A DNA stretch of 64,000 nt from Octopus sinensis (taxonomy: Eukaryota), in contig NC_042997.1 in assembly GCF_006345805.1 (NCBI RefSeq), positions 182,900,001 to 182,964,000 on the forward strand, written 5' to 3'. The translations under genes and the position numbers were made by a program. Below the pieces are notes generated by a model. The model made no database searches and was not told the origin of the DNA. It worked only from the letters and a program-made list of their open reading frames with translations. Every line of letters begins with the position of its first letter. The first letter of the stretch is position 1. Of the stretch, positions 12,048 to 24,420 are shown in pieces.

Positions 12048-13290
12048 CTGAAAGTATAATAGTTTTACTTTAACATAATGCTTTCATAATACACTTTTAC
12101 TTGTTTCAGTCATTTGACTGTGGCCATGCTGGAGCACCGCCTTTAGTCAAGCAAATCGACCCCAGGACTTATTCTTTGTAAGGCAAAGGGTTAATAGAAG
12201 TACAGTAGGGTGAAGTGTTTCAGAAAATAAGAAATCAATGTGATATCGGTGGAAAAAGTAAATCAGACCCAATTGATTGTGCAGAAAGATGTTCCCCACT
12301 TCAAAAGAAATGGTAAGTGCACCAAATTTGACACCAGTCATCAATCACCAGAGGCATTTGCACATTGTAAAACTGCAAATAAGACAAGGCATGGAGGAAG
12401 CAAAAAACATCAATAAATTTCCAAGTTCTATAAATTTAGCTTCGTTTCCATTATTTTAGTAATTAAGACTGTACACAAATCACATGCAACAAAATAAATG
12501 TTCCATGGAAATTGAACAAGAGGGTAAAGAAACTGAAGAGGAAGAATAAATAAATTTAATGCATTAATAGAAATAAAAACATGGATTCATGTTCATACTT
12601 TTCATGCTCATATTTTTCCAGATCATTTTAATTTACATGACTTAGAAGAGGAAATAAGTGCCTGTGATCTTTTTCAGAGCCATCAAAGTAATGGAAAGAA
12701 GTTATCATAAGACCAGAAACCTTGCCCAAATGGTTGCATTGACATGTACTCGGCTAAAAGGCATCCAAGGGCCTGGAAATGGTGTTAAACTTAAGAACAA
12801 TTTATATCTACCACCTAACAATAGGACTTCATACACTTTCTAACAAATCTCACACACACAAAGTTTTGGCAACCTGAGTCTATGATAAAAAAATAAGCAT
12901 GTATCTAAGGTGCCATACAAAGAGATAGAAACTGAAACCACAAAGTTACAAACTAAACTTTTTAATTACAAGGCCATGCTTACATTCCTCATATTTCCCA
13001 TGAGAGAATATCACAAACATTTTCTAATGGGACTGCTATAAAATACTGCTTAGTTTTTGCCATTAACAATAGCCCTCTCATGGGATATATCAAAGCAAAT
13101 AGTTTTCGTATAATAAATTTTGTGAAGGAAGACTTGTTTCCTTTATGAATATGACCATCTATATTTGTACACACATACATGAAGATCTAGTCAATATCAT
13201 TTTTGATAATACTGTCTTTCTACATATAGGAAGCTTCTATAAGCTCTAAAGTTGTAAAGAAGGAAAATGATAATAAATTTACTGATTTAC

Positions 13291-13373
13291 CCTTCACAGA
13301 TTTTACGAACTCTGTTCTTCAACTGTTCTCCTTGATAAAACACAATGAAAACATTTTTCCTAATTTCATCACC
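13291..13373 (-). CDS. ATP6V0A1: V-ATPase subunit a, coding exon 7 ([28 protein letters not shown]), 83 nt
   Basis: tttacag acceptor, GTAAAT donor, phase 0 to 2. Confidence 0.95.
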
Positions 13374-13685
13374 CTGTAAAGAAAATAAATTACAATATAA
13401 GCAAGTATTTATAATGACATGGTAAGTGAAACACACAAACACAAAAATCTAGCATTTCAATTGTAAAAAGATGTTCTAATATTTAGAACTGCTCCCTTTG
13501 TTGCAGAGAATTTCAATGTTAGAGTTTAATATAGAAAAAGAAATCTGAAAGTATTCTTTGAGAATGAAATTTTAATTTTTTTAATGATTTTTACATTTTA
13601 AAATCTTGAATAAAGGTGGATATCTATTTTCTTGTCCACCTCAATACGTAATAAATTCCAGAGAAGATGGTAGTTAAAAGCTTAC

Positions 13686-13812
13686 TGTAACTGGGTCAAT
13701 AAGAGGATTTTTTATTTCATCAAAACGAGGGAAGACATTGCCCCTGCATGCAAACCACATCAGTCTCTCAAAAGCTGGAACTTTCTCTCGTTTTATAACT
13801 CCAGTTATGAAC
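13686..13812 (-). CDS. ATP6V0A1: V-ATPase subunit a, coding exon 6 (FITGVIKREKVPAFERLMWFACRGNVFPRFDEIKNPLIDPVT), 127 nt
   Basis: tttaag acceptor, GTAAGC donor, phase 2 to 0; FER..W..CRGNVF motif. Confidence 0.94.
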
Positions 13813-15171
13813 CTTAAATTACAGAGTAAAAGCATAGCTGTAAATTCTTATTTTATTTCCTTATAAGCATGGTAGGGAAAATCAATACTTTTATAATAAA
13901 TGGGTAACTAATTTATTTGAAGTTAAGAATAGATGCTATGATATCTCGATATTACCACTGTATTTTATTCATAGTTGCTCACCTTACTAAATACAACAGA
14001 CATAAAAACAAATTGAAATAAATTAGCATGAATATATTTGCTGTGCTTGAGAAGACCCGGCAAGCATAAGTGAGACCATAACCTTGTGGCCTATGCCAGG
14101 GGTATAACCAGTCCACTTATGCGTGCCTTAACTTCATTGGACACTAAACTATACTTGCGAAGACCTGTTGAGGCAAGTGAAATCGAAATCAAACTCTGTG
14201 ACTGGCATCTGTTGCTAGTGGAGCGCTAAGAGTACCATACGAGTGAGATCGTTGCCAGAGCAACAAGCTGGCCTTTGTGCCGATGGTACGTTAAACACAC
14301 CATTCAAGTGTGATCGTTACCTGCGTCGTGAGAAAAACATTCGAGCAAGGTCGTTGCCAGTGCCGCTGGACTGGCTCCTGTGCAGATGGCACATAAAAAG
14401 CACCATTTGAGCGTGGCCGTTGCCAGTACCACCTAACTGGCTCTCATGCCGGTGGCATGTAAAAGCACCCACTACACTCTCGGAGTGGTTGGCATTAGGA
14501 AACTCTGCCAGATCAGATTGGAGTCTGGTGCAGCCATCTGGTTCGCCAGTCCTTAGTCAAATCATCCAACCCATGCTAGCATGGAAAGTGGACATTAAAC
14601 AACGCTGATGATGATGATGATGATAATAACCACAGATGCATATAAACATTTCTTGTTTATCGCTACAGAATCCCACTGTATATGTAATGTTCATAAAATC
14701 CCAGATATCAGATTGGAGTCTGGTGCAGCCATGTGGTTCACCAGTCCTCAGTCAAACCATCCAACCCATGCTAGCATGGAAAGCAGACATTAAACGATGA
14801 TGATGATGATGATATTTAATACAGAAACTATTTTTAAAAAAACATGCAGAAATGATTATGTGGGCAGGAAAAAAACAATGACATACATTAGTGAATGACA
14901 TATTAGTCACTAATATTATTTTAATTATTTATGAAAAAACTAAGGACACAACTCATGCATGTCTCAGTCATTTTATGACCTCCTCAGCAAAGCAATAAGC
15001 TACATATTTGTCAAAGCACTGATGAATCACTAAATGTATAATGGTTGGTGTATTATTTCATTTAGCATATTAATTGCAGAGAGTATAAAAAGATAAAGAC
15101 TAACATAACTGTTTTTTTTAATGTGAAAGGCATTCAAGTAATTAACAAACCAAAAGTATAAAACTACTTAC

Positions 15172-15266
15172 CCAAGTTGAACAGCTGAGGTTCCAGAAGT
15201 CATGGCTGAATTATCAGGTACCACAGAATAATGATCTTCCATGTATGTTTGAGGCTCCTGAGCATG
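15172..15266 (-). CDS. ATP6V0A1: V-ATPase subunit a, coding exon 5 (HAQEPQTYMEDHYSVVPDNSAMTSGTSAVQLG), 95 nt, variable linker
   Basis: tttctttctggcag acceptor, GTAAGT donor, phase 0 to 2 joins exons 4 and 6 in frame; poorly conserved, so acceptor choice is less certain. Confidence 0.82.
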
Positions 15267-15493
15267 CTGCCAGAAAGAAAATTCAACTCAGAAAAACTTC
15301 TTCAGATAAATTATTTGTCACAAAAACAAAAAAAAAATTGTTATAGTTCAAAGTCTTTTTTTTAACAATTCACTATTCTGCTTTTAATTATCTTTTATTA
15401 AACAAATATTTTGATGGGAAAAATTGTGCTGTATTTAGAGAATGTGAAGACAAGAAGGAAAAAGGCAATCAAAATTTCAATAAATATACTTAC

Positions 15494-15622
15494 TGCAGCA
15501 AAAAACCCTTGAACCTTTGTCAAAACTTCTTTCAGTTCAGCCAAATCTAAGTAATTTCTCTTGAGAGCAACCTCGTTTACTTTTACTTCCCTTAGTTCGG
15601 ATTCCATTTTTTCTAATGAGGC
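15494..15622 (-). CDS. ATP6V0A1: V-ATPase subunit a, coding exon 4 (ASLEKMESELREVKVNEVALKRNYLDLAELKEVLTKVQGFFAA), 129 nt
   Basis: ttttcag acceptor, GTAAGT donor, phase 0 to 0; coiled-coil region of the N-terminal domain. Confidence 0.93.
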
Positions 15623-16306
15623 CTGAAAACAATCAGCAGAGTGTAGTTAATCATTAATATATTTTAATTAAATGTATGGTTTACATCGTATCATTTTTCT
15701 TTTATTTATTTTTTCCATGTTTCTGGATTTATCTTACAAGTACTGTCATAACAAGGATTCAATCTAACACAGAACAGTGCCTTTCTTCAGATAAGCATGA
15801 AGGTTTTAAGAGTTATGATATTTATGCCATTAACCCTTTCGTTACTCTAATGGTCTCTTTTGCCAAACCGCTAAGTTACAGGGACGTAAACACACCAACA
15901 TCGGTTGTCAAGCAATGGGGGGACAAACACAGACACACAAACATATAGACACACATATACATATATACGACGGGCTTCTTTCAGTTTCCGTCTACCAAAT
16001 CCACTCACAAGGTTTTGGTCGGCCTGAGGCTATAGTAGAAGACACTTGCCCAAGGTGCCACATAGTAGGACTGAACCCAGAACCATGTGGTTCATAAGCA
16101 AGCTACTTACGACACAGCCACTCCTACGCCACTCTCTATTATTTTAATTTTAAATATCTCTATTCTTTACCACTTTTGAAATGAAGCCTGATAGAGTCTT
16201 GCTGGACTATAAATTTGCTGTAGAGTGATAAAATATGTTTGATAGAATGGTCAAGCTAACAGTTCATTAAAATTTGCTTTATTTTCTAGCTTTATATAAA
16301 TATATA

Positions 16307-16461
16307 TATCTGTAAATGTAATATGTGACAATTATTCGGTAGCCATTTTTCCGATAGCCAGATAAATGAAGAGATGGCGGTGTGGATTTCCACCTCGGCA
16401 TCTGAAACTCGGAGTTTTATCACGGCTACTGAATAATTGTCACATATTACATTTACAGATA
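16307..16461. repeat. 38-bp inverted repeat (37/38 matched) around a 79-nt spacer
   Basis: Arms 16307-16344 and 16424-16461 compared by hand. Confidence 0.9.
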
Positions 16462-17317
16462 AATTCCTCTATTTACATAATATTGAGGTCTCTTTCATTC
16501 TTTTGTTGTCTTACCATTTTTATCTATATATATATATATATATATATATCAAAATAAGCGATGTTAGTCGAGGAAATTGAACCCAAAACATATTCTATCA
16601 GTCTCTTTTGCCAAACCACTAAGTTAGGGGATATAAACACACCAGCATCAGTTAAGCGATGGTGGACACACACACAAATATATACATATATATACATACA
16701 ACGGGCTTCTTTTAGTTTCCATCTACCAAATCCACTCACAAGACATTGGTTGACGCAAAGCTATAGTAGAAGACATTTGTCCAAGAGGCAACACAGTGGG
16801 ATTGAACCCAGAACCATGTGGTTGGGAAGCAAGTTTCTTACCACACAACCACGCCCATACCTAAAGTCATACGCCTGCAGTCATTAGACTGTGGCCATGC
16901 TGGGGCACCACCTTGAATTTTTAGTTAAATGAATCAACCCCAGTGCTTTTTTTTTAAGAAGAGGTACTTATTCTATTGTTCTCTTTTGCCAAAATGCTAA
17001 GTAATGGGGACACAAACACACTGTCAAGTGGTGATAGGGGGAACACAAACAGACACAAACACATAAGTATCTATATACATATGACAGGCTTCTTTCAGTT
17101 TCCGTAAACCAAACCCACTCGCAAGGCTTTGGTCAGCCTGAGGCTATAGTAGAAGACACTTGCCCGTCATGCCACATAGTGGGACTGAACCCAGAACCAT
17201 GTGGTTGAGAAGCAAGCTTCTTACCATACAGCCACGCCTGCACATGTGTGTGTGTGTGTATATATACACACTTAGTAATTGGACTATGGCTATGCTGGAA
17301 GAATAAGTTTTGTTTAC

Positions 17318-17415
17318 CTCTAAGTCAACCATCTCTTTAGGCGGAGGAGCTTTTGGTGTCACACCAGTGACATCCATTTTTATTCCATCGATGGTCATTT
17401 CCTTTTCAATATACC
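17318..17415 (-). CDS. ATP6V0A1: V-ATPase subunit a, coding exon 3 (RYIEKEMTIDGIKMDVTGVTPKAPPPKEMVDLE), 98 nt
   Basis: tttag acceptor, GTAAAC donor, phase 1 to 0; matches ORF 17144..17398. Confidence 0.93.
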
Positions 17416-17760
17416 CTAAATGTTGTGAGAAAAAGGATAATTGAAAGAATTTAGTGATTTGATAATCAGATAAACAAACAGAATCTAAAATACAATGAAC
17501 AAAATAAATACATTAAAGCTGATAATTGTTTATCAAACTATTTCTTCATCCTGAATTGGATCAGTAGCCTCCAATCGCCTTCAGGTGAGTATCACCTGAA
17601 AAATGATTGGAGGATTACCAGTAGATACTTGGAGTCAATAACGGATCCAAAATGAAAAAATAAAATCACCTCAGACAAAATACATACATTTTAAAGCTAT
17701 TTATAACAAAATATAAAAAACAAATAAAGTAAGAATAAACAATATAATTTGATTACATAC

Positions 17761-17839
17761 TCATTTTCCTTTCCATTTCCTCACACCTCCTGACTTCACT
17801 AACAAATTTTCTCTGGAAAGCATTAACATCTGGATTTAG
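17761..17839 (-). CDS. ATP6V0A1: V-ATPase subunit a, coding exon 2 (LNPDVNAFQRKFVSEVRRCEEMERKM), 79 nt
   Basis: ctag acceptor, GTATGT donor, phase 0 to 1; not in ORF track, translated by hand. Confidence 0.95.
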
Positions 17840-17954
17840 CTAGAATTGAAATCAATTATACATAATTAGAACGAAGGAAATTGCTAAAATTCAAAAACTG
17901 AAATATGATATATTTGAATATGCCAAATATACAGAGCTTAAATTAAAGTTCTAG

Positions 17955-18180
17955 CACAATTAGAAAAGACACACCAAATGTAGCAAAAAGTGCTTTACAG
18001 TGGAATCCGGATGGATATAGAAAGAAAGGTAGGCCTAAGAACTCATGGCGTAGATCAATACAGAAGGAACTGAGAAAGGGGGACATTTGTGGCAGAGTAT
18101 ATGTACAGAAGCCAAAAATTATGCGACATGGAATTCAACTATAAGTGGCCTATACTCCGCGTTGGAGGGTTAAAGGCAGG
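17955..18180 (+). mobile_element. 3' coding end of a second RTE-clade LINE family
   Basis: Translates ALQWNPDGYRKKGRPKNSWRRSIQKEL, a typical RTE C-terminal W.P.G.R..GRP..W motif. Confidence 0.78.
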
Positions 18181-19304
18181 AAAAAAAAAGAAGTTCTAAA
18201 TAGATCTTAATTCCATATTTTGTGAAATGTATCTCAATTATATTTATTTCATATCATTTTGTTGACAATAGTGCCATTGGTTATATGTTTTCCAAGGGTC
18301 CAACCAATAGTTTGCAGCATCACAGCACCCTGATATGATGTGGAGCAGTAATTTTGTTTTTGCCTTCTTTCTCACTACCTATTCCTTGCATAGTTGAATG
18401 AACAAATGCCAAATAGGTGAAACAAAATGAAAGCACACACTGTACTAACAAAGTAAGGAACTATCTATGTAGCTTAAGCAGAACGACTATCACAAGGGGC
18501 TTCTGTCAAAAGGATTTGGTTTATCAGTTTTCTTGTCACCTTTTATTTGCCAAATTACACATGTGCATCTTCAAGCATACTTGAAATAAAATGTGTGGAA
18601 TATATTAAAAGGCAACGAGCTGGCAGAATTGTTAGCACACTGGGCGAAATGCTTAGTGGTATTTCTTCTGTCGTTACGTTCTGAATTCAAATTCCGCCAA
18701 GGTTGACTTTGCCTTTCATCCTTTCGGGGTCAATAAATTAAGTACCAGTTATGCACTGGGGTCAATGTAATCGACTTAATCCATTTGCCTGTCCTTCTTG
18801 TCCCGTCTATGTTTAGCCCCTTGTGGGCAATAAAGAAATAAGGAATATATTAAAAGTACTGTTAATACAAGTAAACGATATAAGCCATGCAGTGCATATT
18901 TTTCTATAATTTATGTTGGTAAATTATATATTTCTATGACAGATTGTTTACACAGCTCATAGCTGATATTTCAGCATGCAATACCCTAGTGAAAGCTTGA
19001 AAAATGGCAACAACAAAGTAATTATGGAACTACATATATTCTCGGGTTATCACTTGGCCACAGCACCTACTTCATCTGGCATGCTCCCTAGAGAATAAAT
19101 CTTTAAACAGCTTTCCCTTCAAAGATCTATTAGTAACAGATGATTTCATCTTCTGATGCATTACTAGATTACCCTGATCTGAAGTGAAGCAGTAAATTTG
19201 TTTTCACCAACTTTCTCTCTTCCTGCTCTTAGCAGAACTGAATGAACAAATGTGTATAGTTGAAACAAAATGTATAGAGCACATTATAATCAAAATTATA
19301 CAGT

Positions 19305-19674
19305 ACTAGCACTATGACCCAGCAACGCCGGGTCATAGTGCTAGTGCATGCATATATAGCTGCATGCATGCACACATACACGCGAGTACTGTCCAAATCT
19401 CCGACTAATCACATGCAGCTAGCTGGCATTCAATTGGTGTATCAAGTTTCGGGCATTTTGATTGGGTTTTGGATAGAAGATTCAAAAAAAGTCACTTCTA
19501 TTGATTTTTTTAATGGCTTTGCAGGGTGACTGGGGAAATGTAAAGATGTGCACGACCACCCTTGGACGGTTTTGAATGACCATAGAAAGTGCGAGCCCTC
19601 TAACTGAAAAATTGTGAATTTGTATAAGGGACACACACACAGACAGACATTTTGCCATTTATATATAGAGAGAT
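19305..19674 (+). mobile_element. Non-autonomous Helitron-like element (ACTAGCA start, TTTATATATAGAGAGAT end) with fold-back 5' end
   Basis: Termini shared with 51568-51959 and 57681-58063; the class assignment is inference. Confidence 0.55.
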
Positions 19675-21623
19675 AATTTTCATATTTCTTTTAATTGTAC
19701 TAATAGTACTTCTAATGTACTTCATGCATTTACTCTTCCAGACAAAAAGCAGAGAGTAAGAAGAAGGGAAAACAAAATTAGTTAACACATCGCATCAAAA
19801 TGGTTTGAGATTTTGATGAAAATGTCATTCTGCACTGGAAGGGGAAGTCATGATACCAGTAGCTTTCAAACTGAGAGCCATTTAAAGATTTCATTTCAAG
19901 GAAGTTCGCTGGATGAAGAGAAGGCAATGGATTTAATGGCAGAGTAACATCCTAAGAACGTCTGAAGTTCAATCATAAATTTTTTGTTTTGATTCGTTTT
20001 TCAAGCTTTGAATGAGATATTTAATAACGACAGCTACAGGCTATATACAACAATTGATTACAGAAAATATATTTTAATTGTAAAAACAATACTATAAGTA
20101 TGGTTTCCTTATTCCATTTACATTACACATAATTTAAGCAAAAATAACTAAGGGAAATAACTCAGAGTGGCCAGAGATGTATTTGAACAACATGGACAAA
20201 TACAGGTATATCAAATGCCATACAACATAAATTGTATGCACTCTTCGAACAAATGATGTCATTTGTTTACAATCTTCCACAAAAGTATGTCTCAGCTGCT
20301 TTTTGTTTGATATTACCATGCTGCAAGACAGGTAATGTAAGCAACAAGAAGCCACAGAAAAATCTACGGTAACAAAGTTATCATCTGAGCCATACAAGCA
20401 TGGAAAAGTGGACATTAAAACAATGATAATGATGATGATCATCATCCTCATCATCGTTTAACATCCGTTTTCTGTGCTAGCACGGGTTGGACGGTTCGAC
20501 TGAGGTCTGGGAAGCCAGGAGGCTGCACCAGGTTCCAGTCTGATCTGGCAGTGTTTCTACAGTTGGATGCCCTTCCTAACGCCAACCACTCCATGAGTGT
20601 AGAGGGTGCTTTTTACGTGCCACTGGCACAGGTGCCAGGGGAAGCTGGCAGTGGCCACGATCAGTTGGTGCTTTTTATGTACCACTGGCATAGAAGCCAG
20701 TCAAGGCAGTGCTGGCATCGGCCACGTTCGGATGGTGCTTTTTACATGCCACCGGCACAGGTATCACAACAACAATTTCCATCATTTGATATTTATTTTG
20801 ATGAGACTCAAAATTTTCCATCAGTGTTCCAGACATTCAATCATTAGAACTATTTATTCCTTGATTTCAAGTAAAAGAGGATGAGTATTTTACAAATATT
20901 TGTATCTTCAATGTACCTTTCAGATGAAATAGATGTGACACGAGTGTGACAAGGTTGGTCCTTTGAATTACAGGTAGAGTCCATCTGACAGTCTTCATCT
21001 ACCCAAAGGCTCAGTGCGACCTTGAAATTATAATAAATAACCCTTGTCGAAATTGATGAAAAGAAGAATTAAACATGGAACTACGCAATTGCAAAGTGAA
21101 CCTAATACTATCCATCAGTACCGCCTGACTGGCCCTTGTGCAGGTGGCATGTAAACGCACCCACTACTCTCGGAGTGGTTGGTGTCAGGAAGGGCATCCA
21201 GCTATAGAAACTCTGCCAGATCAGACTGGAGTCTGGTGCAGCCATCTGGTTTGCCAGACCTCAGTCAAATCATCCAACCCATGCTAGCATAGAAAGTGGA
21301 CGTTAAACAACAATGATGATGACCACAGATGCATATAAGCATTTCTTGTCTATCGCTATAGAATCCCAGTGTATATGTAATGTTCACAAAATCCCAGAGA
21401 TACTAATATGTGCCCTACTTGCTACATTGTGAAATCCCAGATATGTTTATGAGCATCTGCTAACTGCTTATTTAGGATTTTATAGCTACAGGTAAGAGAT
21501 GCTTATATGTGTCTATGGTATGGTTAGTGTTAACCTTTCAGACTTGCTTTCCCAACAGCAAATACTAAAAAAGCAAAAGAAAAAAATTTTTTTTTTAAAG
21601 TGAGAGAGGATTTTTCTACTTAC

Positions 21624-21737
21624 ATCACGAAATTGAACCATACCAAGTTCTCCTAATTCAGCGACAACAGGGTAGGCTGCTTCAGACTGTAAAAACAGTT
21701 GACATAATGTCATCTCTTCGCTCCGAAATATAGACAT
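21624..21737 (-). CDS. ATP6V0A1: V-ATPase subunit a, coding exon 1 ([38 protein letters not shown]); exon starts at 21797 with 60 nt of 5' UTR
   Basis: ATG at 21737 preceded by in-frame TGA and TAA; donor GTAAGT at 21623; strong acceptor tttttttttctttcag ending at 21798. Confidence 0.95.
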
Positions 21738-22739
21738 TATGGGAGCTTGTCTTTGACTCCTTTAGATTCAGCAATTTATAAAAACACCAAATGGATACTG
21801 AAAGAAAAAAAAATAGAAAAAAAAATTATCAATTTAAAATTTTTTTTTACTTGTTTCAGTCATTTGACTGTGGCCATGCTGTAGCACTGCCTTACAGGCT
21901 TTCAGTCAAAAAAAACCAACCCCAGGACTTATTCTTTGTAAGCCTAGTATTTATTCTATTGGTCTCTTTAGCCAAACCGCTAGGACATAAACACACCAAC
22001 ATTGGTTGTCTAGCAATGGTGGAAGGGACAAACACACACACACACACACACACGACAGGCTTCTTTCAGTTTCCATCTATCAAATCCACTCGCAAGGCTT
22101 TGGTTGGCCTGAGGCTATAGAAGACACTTGCCCAAAGTCTCACACAGTGAGACTGAACCCAGAACCATGTGGTTGGGAAGCAAGCTTCTTACCACATAGC
22201 CACACCTGCATATTAGTTCAAGTCTTTAAAATTAGGTGGGAAAAAAATTTTCTTATATTTTAAGTTCCTCAAAAAAGAAGGTTGTAGTATTCTTGCCTTT
22301 TCATCAGACATATTAGCAAAACAAGAAGAAAAATTGTTACAGGGATTTGTTTCACCAAAATTATTTCTAAACATCATCCCTTTTATTACCATTATTAGTG
22401 GCTGAATTGTTCCAGCATAAGCTAAATTGTCTTGCAATGTTTGTTAAGGATCTTTATGGGTCAAATCCCACTAAAGTCAACTTTGCTTTCATCTCTCTTT
22501 TTTTAATCTAATTTTAATGATTGAAGTAATATTTTGAAATTGACATTATGAACAGAGAGGACATTTTGCCAGCCTAATAATATGAGGCCAAAATAATTTT
22601 AAAGGAAGACTGTTTACCAACACTTTTGAAACAATAATTTTGCAAATAGCATCATGTGATGATGAAAAATGGATGACAAAAGAAAGTATGCTATCTATCT
22701 GTGGCTTTATATAGCTATGGTGCGACCTCACCTGGAATT

Positions 22740-23331
22740 TGCATCACCGGACTAGAACCCCTATCTTGCTCAGGATATTTATCGTCTGGAAGCCGTTCAG
22801 CAACGTGCAGCCAAGAGAATACCCTCCATTAGGCATTTGCCATATTCTGAACACCTTACTTCCCTGGGCATGGACACATTGAAACTCCGACGTCTGACAG
22901 CTGACTTGGCGGACACCCATAAAATTATTAACCATCTTACAAACAATAACTCTGAGCACCTTTTCAAACTCCATCTGTCTAACACCCGTGGACATGTTTA
23001 CAAAGTCAGAAAACAGCACAGCTCCCATGACTTTCGGAAACATTTTTTCACGCTGAGAGTTGCTAAAGCATGGAACAGACTGCCGGCATCAGTTGTTAGT
23101 TGTCGGAGCACTGCATCCTTCAAAACTTCCATGCTTTCTGAGATTCGCCAACACTACACCTGATTTTCTCCCCTCCATACACACGCAAGCATGTATCTGA
23201 CTCATACACTGTTCACTTTCCAGACATTTGTACATTACTGACATTGTACATATATGCTTTATACGCATTTTTGACAAGTTGTGGTGCACCTGAGCACTGT
23301 ATACAATAATTTCATTATTATTATTATTATA
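22740..23331 (+). mobile_element. CR1-clade LINE 3' fragment
   Basis: ORF 22837..23163 LRRLTADL...NTRGH.YK...RKHFFTLRV..AWN.LP; (ATT)n tail. Confidence 0.9.
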
Positions 23332-24051
23332 ATATTTTATAAAGAGGCAGAGAACCACTCCTTTGTACTTATGTGTTCAAAGTTCAAAATGGAAAGACTT
23401 AAGTGATAGTTGCCCAGTTGCTACTATCACCGTTGATAGTAGCTGAAGCAACAACAGCAGCAGCACCCTCAATAATACTGCCACCACCACTACTACTCTT
23501 GCTACTAGTAACAAGTCAATAATCTGAGCCATGGATTATATGGAAGCCAGGATGGACAGGAAAAAGTATAATTGCATCTAGTACCAATAGCACAAGCACT
23601 GTGGACACCAGTACCCAAATGCATGTTATACTGGAAGGTAGAAGGCTCTGGTATTATACATATAACACCAACTGATGAGAACTTTCTGTCCATGACAGAA
23701 GGCAAGACAGCAAGGATCCCCAATGCTATTGACATTGTCACAAAAATGGCAGACTTATGAACATATGTCAAATATTCACATATGCACATATATGCAGATA
23801 CATGTACATAAGTGTGCTGACCTATATGCATATATATCTGCATATGCACATTTATATCAACATCATTTAACATCCATTTGTCCGTGCTGGCACAGGGCAA
23901 CATTGTGCTCCAGTGTCAGCTTTGACATGAATGTTCTTTTTAATGTACCAGGCACTTTTTCATACCACTGGCAGTAGTGAGATCACAACTAAGTGGGAAG
24001 TTGGTTTGAGAGGGTGAGGTGGATTTGTGTCAGCTGTTGAAAGGCTGAAGT

Positions 24052-24420
24052 ATTATAATAATAATGAAATTATTGTATACAGTGCTCACGTGCACCACAA
24101 CTTGTCAAAAAGTGTGTATAAAGCATATGCAGTAATGTACAAATGACTGGAAAGTGAACAGTGTATGAGTCAGATACATGCTTGCGTGTGTATGGAGGGG
24201 AGAAAATCAGGTGTAGTGTTGGCAAATCTCATGAAGCATGGAAGTTTTGAAGGATGCAGTGCTCCGACAATTAACTGATGCCGGCAGATTGTTCCATGCT
24301 TCAGCAACTCTTAGCATGAAAAAATGTTTCCGAAAGTCATGGGAGCTGTGCTGTTTTCTGACTTTGTAAACATGTCCATGGGTGTTAGACAGGGTGTTAG
24401 ACACGGGTGTTATAAAGGGA
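24052..24420 (-). mobile_element. CR1-clade LINE 3' fragment, same family, inverted relative to 22740-23331
   Basis: ORF 24207..24404 nearly identical in translation; (ATT)n tail. Confidence 0.9.

Larger units (their letters stand above)
1921..21797 (-). other. ATP6V0A1: Gene span (coding portion in window): V-type proton ATPase V0 subunit a (116 kDa), ATP6V0A1-like; 3' part continues beyond window start; 5' UTR exon(s) lie upstream of 21797
   Basis: 13 manually spliced exons give an open 516-codon frame with a-subunit hallmarks (FRSEEM..QLF, FQRKFV.EV.RC, PPTY...NKFT.GFQ.IVDAYG, FPFLFGVMFGD.GHG, GRYI..LMG.F..YTG.IYND, YPFGLDP). Family is certain; which paralog is not. Confidence 0.96.

Noticed and set aside
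23505-23770. Hydrophobic, Cys-containing ORF between the inverted CR1 copies
   Set aside because: No recognisable domain or splice signals; its 5' part is microsatellite-like.
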